64,000 nt of DNA from Eledone cirrhosa (lineage: Eukaryota). Numbering within the stretch: the first letter of the stretch is position 1; every line of letters starts with the position of its first letter. The notes under the pieces were generated by a model, which did not search any database, was not told the DNA's origin, and worked only from the letters and a program-made list of their open reading frames with translations. The stretch lies in NCBI GenBank assembly GCA_964016885.1, contig OZ024743.1, positions 6,014,001-6,078,000 on the forward strand. The letters run 5' to 3'. Shown one piece after another: positions 38,046 to 53,700 of the stretch. Made by a program: the position numbers and the translations under genes.

Positions 38046-38106
38046 TTATTATTACAATATACATACATATATATATACATATATATATATACATATACAT
38101 ACATAC

Positions 38107-38137
<31 letters not shown>

Positions 38138-38265
38138 CTGTATATATATATATATACATATATATACATACATATATATATATATATACATACATATATA
38201 TACATATATACATACATATATATACACACATATATATATACATATATATACATACATACATATAC

Positions 38266-38356
<91 letters not shown>

Positions 38357-38404
38357 CACATATATATATATATATATACATATATATATACATATATATA
38401 TTTA

Positions 38405-39008
38405 TATGGTGGCTGCCAACTCGATTTCGAGTACGGCCACTACTTTATATCCATGTAGGAGAACCTCTACTGATGCGCTGAACGAGTGTGACTTTTTAGT
38501 CCAGCCAGCGACTTGAAAACTCTGGTACAAACTTGTGACAATTATTGACACATAGTACTGGGCCCATGGTACCATGTGACGACAAGTGCAGAGAGATCTC
38601 CAGATATAAAGCAATGCCTGTGCCGTGAAGCTTTTATAGTGAGCAAAGGCACTGCACAAAGCCAGTCCCACTCTCTTAACCAAGATGATATTTACCAAAA
38701 AGAAGAACAAGTCAACATCATTGGATACCATCAGAGTTGCAGGTGTTATATCAGAGTTTTCCTTCTCCTAGAATTCTACCTTGACAAAGGCTAAGGGGTC
38801 ATCTCTCCCGGTGATTTTGGATGGCCATTGACTCTTAAGAGCTCCTTTGCCCTTTGACAGGTTTTGTTTTTAGTCCTGCAGGATGTCCAAAGTCACCCTC
38901 CTCACCGAGAAACCTTGGTGGGGTTGCCAGTTTAGTCGCCAACGACCCGACCATGAGACAGGTTGTACTGGGATACATGTTACCAGTAGCACCAACTGGT
39001 GACCTGAC
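38405..39008 (-). mobile_element. About 600-bp non-autonomous RTE derivative (5' region plus last zinc finger and 3' end)
   Basis: Homologous to 21432-21752, 27062-27480 and 57848-58070. The 3' part encodes [17 protein letters not shown]. Microsatellites on both sides. Confidence 0.78.
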
Positions 39009-39045
39009 ATACATACATACATACATACATACATACATACATACA

Positions 39046-39076
<31 letters not shown>

Positions 39077-39762
39077 GGTCTTCTAAATGTTTTTAATTAA
39101 ACATACGGTATATTGCCAAATATACTATACATACATTCATGTATACATCGCTATTTCAGAGCACCAATACTAGTACCTAATTTTTGCTTTAGATCATGGT
39201 TTATATTGCCCAGTGATGTTTTTCTATCTAGTTTTGTGTCATGTTGTGTAATACATTGTAATTGTTCATTGTTGTAAGTGTTTGATGTATATATATGCCT
39301 TTATTTGTGCCTTTGTTTATATCTAGGATTGGTAGTTTTAGTATTGTTCCGAGCTTTTAAATTGAAAATATTCTTAAAATCTATTGAGAAAGACTACTAT
39401 GACCATTGTAAATTATAACCACTTGTAACCATCAATTTTCTCTCGTGCGAAAGTCTCATTAGCGTTACCGTATTACTATTAAATAACTTTGTTTAATATG
39501 TATTTATTCTGGAATATAAAACAGACCTACCAACTCTACCCGCCCGACGGGGAGATCTCCCACCCACTTTGGAGTAGGTGAGAGATGTCTTCTCTTGTGA
39601 AAATGGGTATAGCTTTCATTATGTAAAATCTCCCCGTTTTGGAGCACTTTTTTTCGTGGTACTCCCCGTTTGGGGTTTTATTAAATAGATGCAGAAAATA
39701 AATCATTTCCACTCCAAATATTACTAAAATGCACTAAAATCTCTTTTCTTTTTTCTTTACAG

Positions 39763-40020
39763 TTACTGGTCGACATAAATAGTACGAATTGTTCATTATC
39801 CTGCTACTACAATAAGTGTTTTTCCCATTCCAGAAAAATATATAATTTTAATAACATGACATGTCCTTCTGAATCCAATATCTGCCCGGATACGACTGTT
39901 GTAGTTGGAATATTGGTAGGCTTGTTATGTTTAACGATATTGGCAATTATTTTTATCATAATCTGTTTTCTAAGAAAAATCAGGAAATTTGAGAAACAAG
40001 AAAATAAAGTATCAATTACG
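39763..40020 (+). CDS. Exon of an uncharacterised single-pass membrane protein (Cys-rich ectodomain, TM helix, basic stop-transfer)
   Basis: Strong acceptor ctcttttcttttttctttacag, donor acg|gtaggt, 258 nt open, phase 0-0: LLVDINSTNCSLSCYYNKC...NMTCPSESNICPDTT-VVVGILVGLLCLTILAIIFIIICFL-RKIRK. Confidence 0.72.
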
Positions 40021-40747
40021 GTAGGTTTCTATAACAAAATTTGTTCTGCAGTCGTTACTGTTTATATTTTTTAGTATTTAAAAAAAAAATGTTATTTATA
40101 CATCATGTACAGGGACGGTGGAAGCATTTCTGAAGTAGGGAGGGGGTGAGAGAAAATTTGGTCAATTTAGTTGTAATGATTAATTTAGCTGTTATTATCA
40201 AATATCAACCAAGATATAAAAAAAAAATTCGATATGCGATAAACATAACATGTACATAAATTGTAGCGCATATACAAATAAAAAATGTCTGTTTTGGTAG
40301 TTTGGGAAGAAAAATGTAACTATTAAGGGGGCTTGCCCTATTCCAACACTCCTTATAAAAAATCAAATCCCACGACAGCATTCTTCTATTCTAGTCCCAT
40401 CGAAGGCACTGTTCTTTTTCTGTCATATATACTGGTGCATATTGTGTTGAAAATATCATATCATCTATATCTATATACAATATAAAATCATTAGAGAGGT
40501 TGCCTAGTACTCGCGACGTTGCTTTCTTTTGCTCTGGTGTTGGCTCCGTTGTTCATCCCTTCCTTTACATTTTCTTTAATATTGTAACATTAAAAGAATA
40601 TATATTTCTGAAAGAATCGCGAGCTATTTATAATGTTGTCTAAGCATTTGTAATGTTATTTGTTATGTTATTCTACTGTAAATTTATTTATATGCTCTGT
40701 TTATATTTTCATTCTTAAAGAATTGCAAACGATTTGTAATGTACTTT

Positions 40748-40883
40748 TAGAATGTTAGTATCAGTGTATATACATTATTACGCAACTCCATTTAGTACAT
40801 GGATCTGCCACTGGGAGTCGCGACCATCACAAAGGGACACAACTCCTATACGTTCTGAGTTTCAGCCGCAAGGGGTCGCTACA
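40748..40883 (-). repeat. 3' LTR, internally deleted
   Basis: Matches both ends of 45440-45879 but lacks about 45473-45725; begins TGTAGCGACC on the minus strand. Confidence 0.88.
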
Positions 40884-43800
40884 GTACCCTCCTCCAGACG
40901 ATAGGCGAAAAGCCCGAAGGCAATTGTAGCGAACCCACAAGCATGGGCTCCCAGCACAGGCATGAAATATTAACGAAAAGGTACATGTATAAATCAGGCA
41001 TGAAATAGTAACGAAAAGGTACATGTATACATAGTAATACAATAAAGAGAAAAACAAAAGAGGCTCCAGTGGGCAGTTCACATAAAAACAGTTTGGCAGA
41101 GTTTTTTGGGCCAGTGGACTCTTCGACCGGAACAGGTCGTGGCCTTGTATGTAGGTGAAGGTGGGGCAGAAGGAGCACAAGAGAGAAAGATTGGGGTATT
41201 TGTGACTCGGGTGTATGAGCGTCATTGTATGCCCTTTTTAGTCTATCCACGGAAATTGTCTCTCTGGACCCCTTAATGTCTACTGTGAAATGTTTCTCAG
41301 TGCGTGATAACACACGGTAGGGTCCAGAGTACGGCTGTGTGAGGCGTGGAGTAACCGCGTCGTTTCTGACGAATACATGTGTCCACGAGGCAATATCCCT
41401 CGGGACTGCAGCTTTAATAGTTTGTTTCCTAGTATTCATGGGCAGTAAGTCCTGAAAATAGGAGCGCAAACGTAGATACGTAGGAAACAGGGTCCAGAAA
41501 AGCAAGACCAACAGGGACAAGCATTTGCCCAGGCAATGCTAGAGGAGCACCATACAGTAATTCGGCCGGGGAGAACCCAAGGTCCTCCTTTATTGATGAC
41601 CGAATTCCTAATAACACAATAGGAAGGTACTCGCTCCAACGTTGAGAGTCTGGATAGGCGCGAAGAGCGGCCTTTAATTGGCGGTGGAATCGTTCCACCA
41701 TTCCGTTTGAAGCAGTATGATAAGCTGTGGTCCGAATCCGTTGAGCACCAATGGTCTTTGTCAGCTCAGAGAAGAGATGAGACTCAAATTGTCTACCACG
41801 GTCTGTGGTGACTGTTGATTGCACGCCAAAGGGGGTAATCCACCCTGATAACAGGGCACGCACTATAGTTTCAGAAGTAATATCTTTTAAGGGGACGCCT
41901 TCAGGCCATCGCGAAAAACGATCGATGCAGGTCAAGAGGTACGAATATCCACTACTGAATGGCCAAGGTCCAACGATATCAATGTGGATGTGTTGAAACC
42001 GAGCATCTGGAGTACTGAAAGTACCAAGTGGAGTCCGGATGTGTCTGTGGACTTTAGATCTCTGACACTGTGTGCAGGAACGGCACCAGACAGTAATTTC
42101 TCGCCTCATATTGGGCCAGAAAAATCTAGCCGTTATAAGCTTTACTGTGGCAGAAATTCCTGGGTGAGAAATGCTGTGCAAAGCAAGGAACACAATTCGA
42201 CGGTGAGTCTCAGGAACATAAGGTCGTAGTGAATCCGTAGATACATCACATAGAATCTGCCTGTCGGTGGTCGACAAGGCAGATATTTGAAGATGCAAGT
42301 CGGAAACTCGGCAGAAAGAGTATCCAACGATTGGAGTGCAGGTTGGTCTGCAGCTAAACGACTTAAGTCGATCTCCTGGGATGACGAGATGGAGCTTATT
42401 GGCAAACGTGAGAATGCGTCTGCAGCTATGTTAAGAGAGCCAGCAACGTGCTGGATATCATTTGTAAATTTCGAAACGTAATCCAGGTGCCTTGTCTCTC
42501 TGGGCAAATATCTGTCGGCTTTAGCCCTCAAAGCGAAGGTCAGAGGTTTGTGGTCAGTTAAAACAGTAAAATTTCACCCCTCAAGAATATGAGAGAAATA
42601 TTTCACCGACAGATATATGGCTAATAATTCCCGCCCAAACGTGCTGTAACGCGTTTCTGCTGGTTTCAGCTTCCTTGAGAAAAATGCCAAAGGTTGTTGG
42701 TTTCCAGCGTTGTACTGCTGTAAAACTGCTCCCACAGCGGTATCAGATGCGAAAGCTTGGCCTCTGATACCGGGTGGGCTAGCAAAGGTGAACTAGCAAG
42801 TGCTGTCTTGGCAGTCTGGAAGTCTTTAAGCTGTCCTTGTGTCAAGGAAATATCCTCATTCTTCTTACGACGATTTTTCAAAATGTCAGTAAGGGAAGAT
42901 AGCAAATTAGCACAATGAGGAACGAAACGCCTATAGAAATTGATTAGGCCTAAGAAGTTATGCAACTGGTGAAGTGTAATAGACGGAGGTAAATCCTGTA
43001 TGGCTTGAACGTCGATGAGGTGGCCTAAAAAATTTAGCGAAGTGGAACCGTAAACACACTTTGCGGGATTCACACGAACTCGGTAATCCTGAAATCGCCG
43101 AAATAAGAGATGCATGTGGCGCATATGCTCTTCCGGAGAGGAACTAGCGACGAGAAGATCGTCTATGTATGCATAAACGAAGTCCAGACCACGAGTGACT
43201 TCGTCTATGAACCGCTGAAAAGTGCTAGCGGCGTTCCTGAGTCCGAATTGGCATGGTAAAAAATTCGAAGGATCCGAAAGGAGTTGTGATCGCCGTTTTC
43301 GGAATATCCTCCTTCCTGACAGGGATTTGGTGGTAGGCTCGCACTAAATCTAGTTTTGAGAAAATCTTACACCCTTGCAATGACGATGCGAAATCCTGGA
43401 GATGGGGGATGGGATACCTATCCGGGACGGTCATAGCATTTAACCTCCTATAATCCCCAGTGGGTCTCCAGTCGCCAGAAGTCTTGGGCACCATGTGTAA
43501 CGGTGAAGCCCAAGGACTCGTAGATGGGCGAATAATGCCCAGCTGCAGCATATGGTCGAACTCGGGCCGTGCTGCCTTTAATTTGTCCGCCGGTAAGCGG
43601 CGTGGACGCGAAAACACTGGAGCACCGGTGGTGGAAATGAAATGTTCAGTTGAGTGTGTTGGCTCAGTGACTCGAAAATTTCCATCGCTGAGCTCCGGGA
43701 AAGAACCTAACAACGAATGGTAGGCGTCTCCAGCGGCAGCGACGAAGAATATGGGTCTGACTGTTGGAGCATTGGCTTTCCGGCCACGAATTGAAAAACC

Positions 43801-45439
43801 GGTGATGTCATCCACCAGGCGTTGGCCACGGACATCCACAGTCAAAGAGACGTTGTGGAGGAAATCCGCTCCTAAGATAGGATATGGCAAATCGGCAACC
43901 GGTCTGCAGAGTAACGGATGACTCTACGGGAGTATCTTTCAGGTAATGGACCGGCCAAATACTACAGGAGGCTCCTGTATCCACGAGGAAACCTCTTCCT
44001 GACACAAGGTCCTTAATGAAGAAATGGCGGTTTGGTGGCTTTATGCTGAGGTCAACTGCCCCCATCAGCGGATCTCTTTGGCGTTTCCCGCCTTATGAAA
44101 CGAGCAAGGTTGCACGCAGTGGTTCGCGCTCTCGGCAAAACGCTCGTGTTACCAGCATAAAGATGAAGCTGGTGACCTGGGGCGGCGTCTAAAAGATTGA
44201 GATCTCCCGCGGCTGCGTGAGCGTGAATGGGCACTACACCAGACCTTCATCTTCTGCAGCTCCAGGGTGAGTTCCTGAATGGCCTTCTGCATCGCCATAA
44301 TGGCTGAGTTGTCTGTAGGAGCTGTCGTGCAGATGGCATGGCCAGGTGTGGCCTGAGTTGGTTGGGAAACAGTGGCAAGGGCTTCGCTTCCTCCAGCAAC
44401 CGTGACTTCAAAAACTTTGTCTGCAGAGGCGGCAAGCTGATCCACTGTGCAAGTATCCCTAATGGGGGCCAAAATTGCCTGTACGTTGGTCGCTAGGCGC
44501 GAGAAGCACAAAGTTTCAACATGGCAGATTCCGCTACCGACCCCTCCGTTAGGTCCTTCATTCGCCTTAGGAGCCATGACCGATATGCTCCAGATGGACC
44601 AGAGCCCGAAATCTTTTCTCTGCAGACTGTGCAGTCCGGCTGAGTATTTCAGCCTTCAGAGACTTGTACGTTGCGTCGGTGGGTGTATCTAACACCAGGT
44701 CCTTAATCGCTGGGATAAGTGCCGGCGGAATTGCACTAAGGACTAGGGGACGTTGTTGTGCTTCGTCAATTCTGTTCGCCTCGAAAAATGTTTCGAGTTG
44801 GGCAAACCATAACCTTACGTAGCCCGTGTACGTAGGTAGAACAGAATGAGATGCCATTGGTATACCGTAGGTAATCTGCAAAAAATCGTCTCCGTTTGGA
44901 AAAATGTCTGCAACACGAGGGAAAAGGAAAACAAAATCACTTGTTTTTCCTCTGTCAAACAACTGGACAGGAAAAAGAATGCATCCAAGACAACATGTAA
45001 AGGAGCGACTAACCGAGCGATGTCATTAACAAGGTATAGGCAAGGGATATAAAACTAAAACCAATATGGCTGACGATTTCGCGCCAAAAACACTATTGAT
45101 GGAGAAGAAAGCCGCCATCTTGTCATCCTCAAAAATTTTAGCCAGAGAAAAGAAGAAAAGAAAAAACATTCATACAATTGTTGTTTTGCTAGGAAACTAG
45201 CGGCAATATCATCTTATTTATTTTTTTTGTTTGTGTTTGTGTGTAAATAAATGGAATGTTCTCTTTGCACATATGAGGAGTTTGATTGTTAAACGTTACA
45301 GATAAAGATGCTGAAATCAGTAAAATACAGCCAGATCAGAATGAAGCGTGTTGTTCTGTATTAAATATTTTTCTTTCTTTTTTTTATATACACATGATAG
45401 CGCTTCCTATTTTTTTTTTTTTTTTCGGTGTCAACTATT

Positions 45440-45879
45440 TAGAATGTTAGTACCAGTGTATATACATTATTAAGAATGACAATAAATGCAGGTGAGTGTT
45501 GTGTCATAGTTTTACTTCACAGAAGTCAAATAAATTAATAGAAATAATTTTTACTACATGTTGATGGTGAGTTGGGCTCAACTCCCAGACTAGAGTGTGT
45601 AGAGAAAGAGAGAGAGAGAGAAAGCAGAAATCTTCTCTTGGTAAGGTTCAAGTGGTTCTTTCGGCTGCCGGCGTAGGAAGTGAGATAGAACGCCTTAAGT
45701 TCTCAAATATATAGTCACCAGGGGATGCAACTCCATTTAGTACATGGATCTGCCACTGGGAGTCGCGACCATCACAAAGGGACGCAACTCCTATACGTAT
45801 TTGCCACTGGGAGTCGCGACCGTCACAAAGGGACGCAACTCCTATACGTTCTGAGTTCCAGCCGTAAGGGGTCGCTACA
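45440..45879 (-). repeat. 5' LTR (about 440 bp)
   Basis: Begins TGTAGCGACC on the minus strand; contains a tandem duplication of about 50 bp (45751-45849). Confidence 0.88.
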
Positions 45880-45924
45880 TCTTTATGAAATAAATTTATG
45901 TCTTTTGTTTTTACTAAGACAAAC

Positions 45925-46692
<768 letters not shown>

Positions 46693-47109
46693 TTATATAT
46701 AAATTTTAGTCACTAATTCATTATTAATCATATTTTTAGGATTATTTCACGCTATAGATATTGAATTGAAGTGTTATGGTCTGGTAGATCTATCGACAAT
46801 AGAATAGCTTACCAACTACGGGAGATAGCGGTAATGGTAACAGGGCAACTAAGCTATGAATTAGCTGTGGTGATAGTGTAATATTTGATAAAATAGAACT
46901 TACTTCTATTGAGGCGGTTGCTCATGCGGCCAGACACTTCATAGAACACACCTCATCTTCTAGTGAAGCTACAAATGCGAAATGCTTTTAACAGCGTAAA
47001 GACGGGATCATATTTTAGAGACGTGTCTTAGACATGTCTTAGACTCCTTCTTGCACACCTCTCTTTTTGGATACCCAGCACAATTATGGCTGCTGACAAC
47101 AAGCTTAAT

Positions 47110-48350
47110 TTCGCCATAGGTGTTCAGTAAGGGGATCCACTCAGGCTGCTCCTCTTTGCATTGGCTGTCCTTGACATTGTCCTGTCATTCCGCTAACCTT
47201 TCAATGTCTAGTATCTGGACGACATAATTCTGGGTGGCTCGGTTCAGTCTATTGTTGACAACCAGCTATAAAGCTTCTCGGACAAGAACAACTCGTCCAA
47301 GTCCGTACTCAATATCCAACTTGCCCTGAATGGTGTTTGGCTAATGTCGAAAGACGCTGTCTACATTCTCAGCTTAAAAGCCATATCAGATTGCCATACG
47401 AGACCAAGCATACTGACCTGACAAGGATGACAGAGAGATTGCGCCTTGTTAAAGCGCACTCAACGCTCTTCCTTCCGAGGAACTCCTCTTCATGTTGCGT
47501 GATGCGTCTTGTCACCCTCACATGGATCCCCACGTCGAGCTCAACGCCACCATCCAACATTGCGCTGAACTCATCTGCAATGTTAATTTTGACAGTGTTG
47601 GCTGGCAACTGGCGAGACTCACCGTGAAATTCAGTGGCCTCAGTCTCCGAACCCCTTCTGATCTGGTACTACCGGCCTGCATATCCTCAATCCCTTCTGG
47701 CAAGTTCTTCCGTTGAATCAACACTGCCTCACTTGCTTCTGTTCCGCCTCGCAGCCAAACTGTGGTGGGTGGTTCTATTCATTGCCCTCCTTATTAACAG
47801 GTACCCTTCTTGATGATGAATGTACTCGCATCGGAGTGGCCGAGCGCCTCGGCTCCGACTGTCTGAGCTACACAAATGTCTTTGTGGAACTGTTGGTCAT
47901 GAGTTTGGTTTACATCTGCTATTCTGCCGCCATTGGGCAGGTCGGTTTCCTTGACACGTCACTCTGAATGACATAATTAGAAGGAGCCTCGATGCAACCA
48001 GTTTCCCGTTTCAACAGGAGCCAGCTGGCCTCAACCATAGCGATGACAAGCACGTAGATGGGATAACTCTCTTCCCACTCGAGGGAAGTAAATTCCTTAT
48101 CTGGGACGCCATGTACTGGGACTAGTTCTCCACCTCCAACCTTATCACTTCGGCTACAAACCCAGGCACCATCGACCGCAATGCAGAGGAGAGGAAGATT
48201 ACTAAATACCAGGGATTTAAATACGATCGCTTCTTTTTCGTGTCGGTCGCCATCGAGAGAGACCTCAGATTTCTTCAGTCCCCGAACTGCTGATTCCTTC
48301 ATAAAATCGGAGACAGCAGCCCACCTGATTAAGGAGGTAGCTGTTGCAGC
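47110..48350 (+). mobile_element. Decayed CRE-clade non-LTR fragment
   Basis: GVQ*GDPLRLLLFALAV, YLDDIILGG and a downstream RLE-like segment parallel to 23180-24600. Confidence 0.72.
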
Positions 48351-49579
48351 TGATCATCATCATCATCATCATTTTACGTCCGCTCTTCCCTGCTTGCAAG
48401 GGTAGGATGTCGCTGCTTATTCTCTGTGCCAATGCCATCAGTATTTTTGTCTGAAGGGCGCAACTGAAACATCCCACTCAGTCTTCTCTTTCCCTTTCTT
48501 TCATTGCTTAATTTCTTTTTTCTTTTTTCCCCTTCGTTCTTTCTTGTTTCCTTACTGCCAATTACTGTACAATTTTTATCACATTTTCTCATAAGTTTAA
48601 TAAACTTATTATAAATGAAAGTAAGGTGGGATTATAATTAAACCAATCACAATTTAATAAATTTAACCTAGTACACTTTAATTAAAAAATATTTGAACTC
48701 AAATGATAACATACACAAACGACTGCAGTTATCCTAATTTGGTCCATATTGCATGTTATGCAGAACTCCGAAGTATTTCACCATTGCCATACACGGATGA
48801 AAGGATTCTATTAGTATAGATAGTTTGAGGTAAACCCACATGAAAACACCTACAAATTAGCTATTCCTCTAAAATGACTGAGTTCTATCAGTGGCCTCTG
48901 CATATATTTGTTGGTGCCTTTTCATGCGGCATGTACTAATTTATCTTCATTTTGTACTTCACCAATTCCGCTTATTTAGTTTCATTTGTGCCACATTTCA
49001 TTTCTACCTTTCTTCAATAGTCATTTTGATAAAACCAATGATCTCGTGACAGATTTGTTTCAGACGTCGTGACTGTGAAGTATGGAGAACTGTCTGACAT
49101 GAAATTTGAAAAATATCGTCTGGTCTATCTTTGTGATCTAAGATCAAACACCAAGATTCGATCAAACCTCTCATCCTGCTCCTCTCAATATCCTGTCATC
49201 TGCACTAAATGCAGCTTGTTGTGTAAATCAGCAGCTGCACTGAAGTGCCATTTGAGGTTTAACCATAAAAAAAATTAACCGAGAAGAATGCTGAACCCTC
49301 ATACGTCAAAATACCACTCCATCATGTATGTATGTATATTTACTGATGTATCTATCTTCGGACATGAACAACAATAGCAACGCACGAGTCCCTGTGGCAG
49401 TCCGAAGATAACTAGATAGATAGATAGATATCTTTTTTTCCTCATTTGCCACAAGGGCGTACAAGAAATGGGACATTACAAGATGTGACAGCGGGGGTTT
49501 TACATGAAATCGTATAAACTTTAACATTAATAATAACAATAAACTATATATTAGCAAATTAACAATCGAAATCCCCAAT

Positions 49580-50775
49580 AGGAGGAAACGTTAGTGCGTG
49601 GTTGTTTTACACCCTGTAGATAGAACAACCTTCAACATCAGGAGCACGTTTTGTAGGTGGTCCCGTCTTCCCTCTTTTTGTCTTCCTCAACCTAGAGGTT
49701 TATATACAGAGAAGGCCCATTCACTTGGGCCATTTTCGCCACATTTACCCACCTTTCAGTGAATTTACTGGGGTGTAGCACCTCTCTCTCCACTATCACC
49801 TTCCTTCTAAAGTGGTATTTAAAGAAGGGGATGATTTGTTCGCCATAAGTCCTTTTAACCTCGTCCACCATATTACCTCTTTCGCCATAACCACCAGACA
49901 GAGGAAAAACCGCCTCTCCTTCATTTTTAAATGAAGGCGGCGGGGTGACCCTCACGATTGACTCGGTTGACAATTGGATGCGTCCCACACTTGACACTAG
50001 CTGTTCGACATAATTCCACAGGTCAGTCACCCATGGGCATCTGTTTGGATTCAAGTAGTATGCATCCGTCTTGGTTTTCCAAAGACCGATTTGTGGATTT
50101 GCTGCCACTTTTCGCCTCTGCCACTCAGGCCCATCTAACAGCTTTGCCTGCCTTGTTTCTCAGAGCACGTGTTCTACTTCTGACAATACAAGCTTCGTGT
50201 TTCACGTTGAAGAACTGGTCTAGTACCGTTATTGCTGCTAGCACGTCTGTCCTGTCTACAGATAGGAGGGAGTTCTCACCCTTCTTCAGGATGCAGCGTA
50301 AGATCCACCATATGTTGACCTCTGCTGGGATTTTTGTTATTTTTATTTTATAGGTTCTTCTTCCAATGTATGTAAGGAAGAAGGTGTGTTGATCCGTTTT
50401 TATTGGGTGAATCGAGTGCTTTTGAGCCAGGGTTTCGCTCTTAAAGCGCACTGATATACTTCCATAATGTTTATCCCTCTGAAGGTATGCCACGCTAGGC
50501 ATGATGTCTTTCAACGCGGCTTTAATTGTACTTGGAAGTGTCAGGTTTTTTTTTGTATTTATATCAACTGTTCTATAGATCAGTATTTTTCTCTGGGTCA
50601 TCTCTCGTATGTGTGGGGTGTCACCCTCAAACGTGACATAGTTGGAAGCTTCTTCCAAATATTGGGACTTGTGTGAAATATCCATAGGATAAAACTTAAG
50701 CTCATGTTGCTTACCAACAGTTGCCTGCAAAAAAATGTTTGTTATTGCTGTTCTTGTTGTTGGTGATGGTCTCAT
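49580..50775 (-). mobile_element. Internally deleted L1/Tx1-like element (ORF1-like region joined to ORF2 C-terminus)
   Basis: ORF 50125-50775 resembles the RRM-like ORF1 N-terminus (ISVRFKSE...IKITKIPAEV). ORF 49692-50108 has CPWVTDLWNYVEQL, like the Cys-containing ORF2 end. Confidence 0.55.
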
Positions 50776-50790
50776 TCATTGTGTTGTTGG

Positions 50791-53700
50791 CATCTCACCA
50801 TCACATCATCACACCATCTCACCATCACACCATCTCACCATCTCACCATCACACCATCTCACCATCACACCATCATCTCATATTCACACCATCTCACCAT
50901 CTCACCATCACATCATCTCACCATCTCACCATTACACCATCTCACCATCTCACCATCACATCATCACATCATCTCACCATCACACCATCTCACCATCACA
51001 CCATCACATCATCACACCATCTCACCATCACACCATCTCACCATCACACCATCTCACCATCTCACCATCACATCATCTCATATTCACACCATCTCACCAC
51101 CTGACCATCTCACCATCACATCATCTCACCATCACACCATCTCACCATCTCACCATCACATCATCTCATATTCACACCATCTCACCATCTCACCATCACA
51201 ACATTACACCATCTCACCATCACACCATTACACCATCTCACCATCACACCATTACACCATCTCACCATCACACCATTACACCATCTCACCATCTCACCAT
51301 CACATCATCTCATATTCACACCATCTCACCATCACAGCATTACACCATCTCACCATCACACCATTACACCATCTCACCATCACACCATTACACCATCTCA
51401 CCATCTCACCATTATACCATCTCACCATCTCACCATCACACCATCTCACCATTACACCATCTCACAATCTCACCATTACACCATCTCACCATCTCACCAT
51501 CACACCATCTCACCATCTCACCATTACACCATCTCACCATCTGACCATCACACCATCACACCATCTCACCGTCACACCATCACACCATCTCACCATCACA
51601 CCATCTCACCATCACACCATCACACCATCTCACCATCTCACCATCACACCATCTCACCATCACACCATCACATCATCTCATATTCACACCATCTCACCAT
51701 CACAGCATTACACCATCTCACCATCACACCATTACACCATCTCACCATCACACCATTACACCATCTCACCATCTCACCATTACACCATCTCACCATTACA
51801 TCATCTCACCATCACACCATTACACCATCTCACCATCACACCATTACACCATCTCACCATCACACCATTACACCATCTCACCATCTCACCATCACATCAT
51901 CTCATATTCACACCATCTCACCATCACAGCATTACACCATCTCACCATCACACCATTACACCATCTCACCATCACACCATTACACCATCTCACCATCTCA
52001 CCATTACACCATCTCACCATCTCACCATCACACCATCTCACCATTACACCATCTCACAATCTCACCATTACACCATCTCACCATCTCACCATCACACCAT
52101 CTCACCATCTCACCATTACACCATCTCACCATCTGACCATCACACCATCACACCATCTCACCGTCACACCATCACACCATCTCACCATCACACCATCTCA
52201 CCATCACACCATCACACCATCTCACCATCTCAACATCACACCATCTCACCATCACACCATCACACCATCTCACCATCACACCATCACACCATCTCACCAT
52301 CACACCATCTCACCATCTCACCATCACACCATCACACCATCTCACCATTACACCATCTCACCATCTCACCATCACACCATCACACCATCTCACCATCACA
52401 CCAGCACACCATCTCACCATCACACCATCTCACCATCTCACCATCACACCATCACACCATCTCACAATTACACCATCTCACCATCACACCATCACACCAT
52501 TACACCATCTCACCATCACACCATCTCACCATCACACCATTACACCATCACACCATCACACCATTACACCATCACACCATCTCACCATCACACCATCACA
52601 CCATCACACCATCTCACCATCTCACCATCTCAACATCACACCATCTCACCATCACACCATCACACCATTACACCATTACACCATCACACCATTACACCAT
52701 CTCACCATCACACCATCTCACCATCTCACCATCACACCATCTCACCATCACACCATCACACCATCTCGCCATTACACCATCTCACCATCACACCATCTCA
52801 CCATCACACCATCACACCATTGCACCATCTCACCATCTCACCATCGAACCATCACACCATCACACCATCACACCATTACACCATCTCACCATCACACCAT
52901 CTCACCATCACACTATCTCACCATCACACCATCACACCATCTCACCATCACACCATCTCACCATTTCACCATCTCACCGTCACACCATCTCACCATCATA
53001 CCATCATACCATCACACCATCACACCATCTCACCATCACACCATCTCACCATCATACCATCACACCATCACACCATCACACCATCTCACCATCACACCAT
53101 CACACCATCACACCATCTCACCATCACACCATCACACCATTACACCATCACACCATCTCACCATCACACCATCACACCATCTCACCATCACACCATCACA
53201 CCATTACACCATCACACCATTACACCATCTCACCATCACACCATCACACCATCTCACCATCACACCATCTCACCATCTCACCATCAGACCATTACACCAT
53301 CTCACCATCACACCATCTCACCATCTCACCATCACACCATCTCACCATCATACCATCATACCATCACACCATCACACTATCTCACCATCACACCATCACA
53401 CCATCACACCATCTCACCATCACAACATCTCACCATCACACCATCACACCATCACACCATCTCACCATCACACCATCTCACCATCACACCATCTCACCAT
53501 CACACCTTCTCACCATCACATCATCTCACCATCACACCATCACACCATCACACCATCTCACCATCACACCATCACACCATCTCACCATCACACCATCTCA
53601 CCATCACACCATCAGACCATCTCACCATCGCACCATCGCACCATCACACCATCACACCATCACACCATCTCACCATCACACCATCACACCATTACACCAT

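Larger units (their letters stand above)
40748..45879 (-). mobile_element. Ty3/Gypsy LTR retrotransposon, full length but decayed
   Basis: gag (WFAQLETFF), protease (LVDTGA), RT ([18 protein letters not shown]), RNase H and integrase (H..H..C..C, HIDIVGP, TDRG.QF, NGMVER) in Gypsy order with several frameshifts. PPT ggaggaggg lies next to the 3' LTR. Confidence 0.96.

Noticed and set aside
38900-39008. HDV-like ribozyme at the 5' end of the RTE derivative
   Set aside because: P1-like and P2-like pairings exist, but P3/L3 and the P1.1 GG could not be placed in the required order.
39763-40020. Membrane anchor exon of the astacin (meprin-like architecture)
   Set aside because: The astacin frame ends with two stops at 13600-13605, and no MAM, TRAF or EGF exons were seen.
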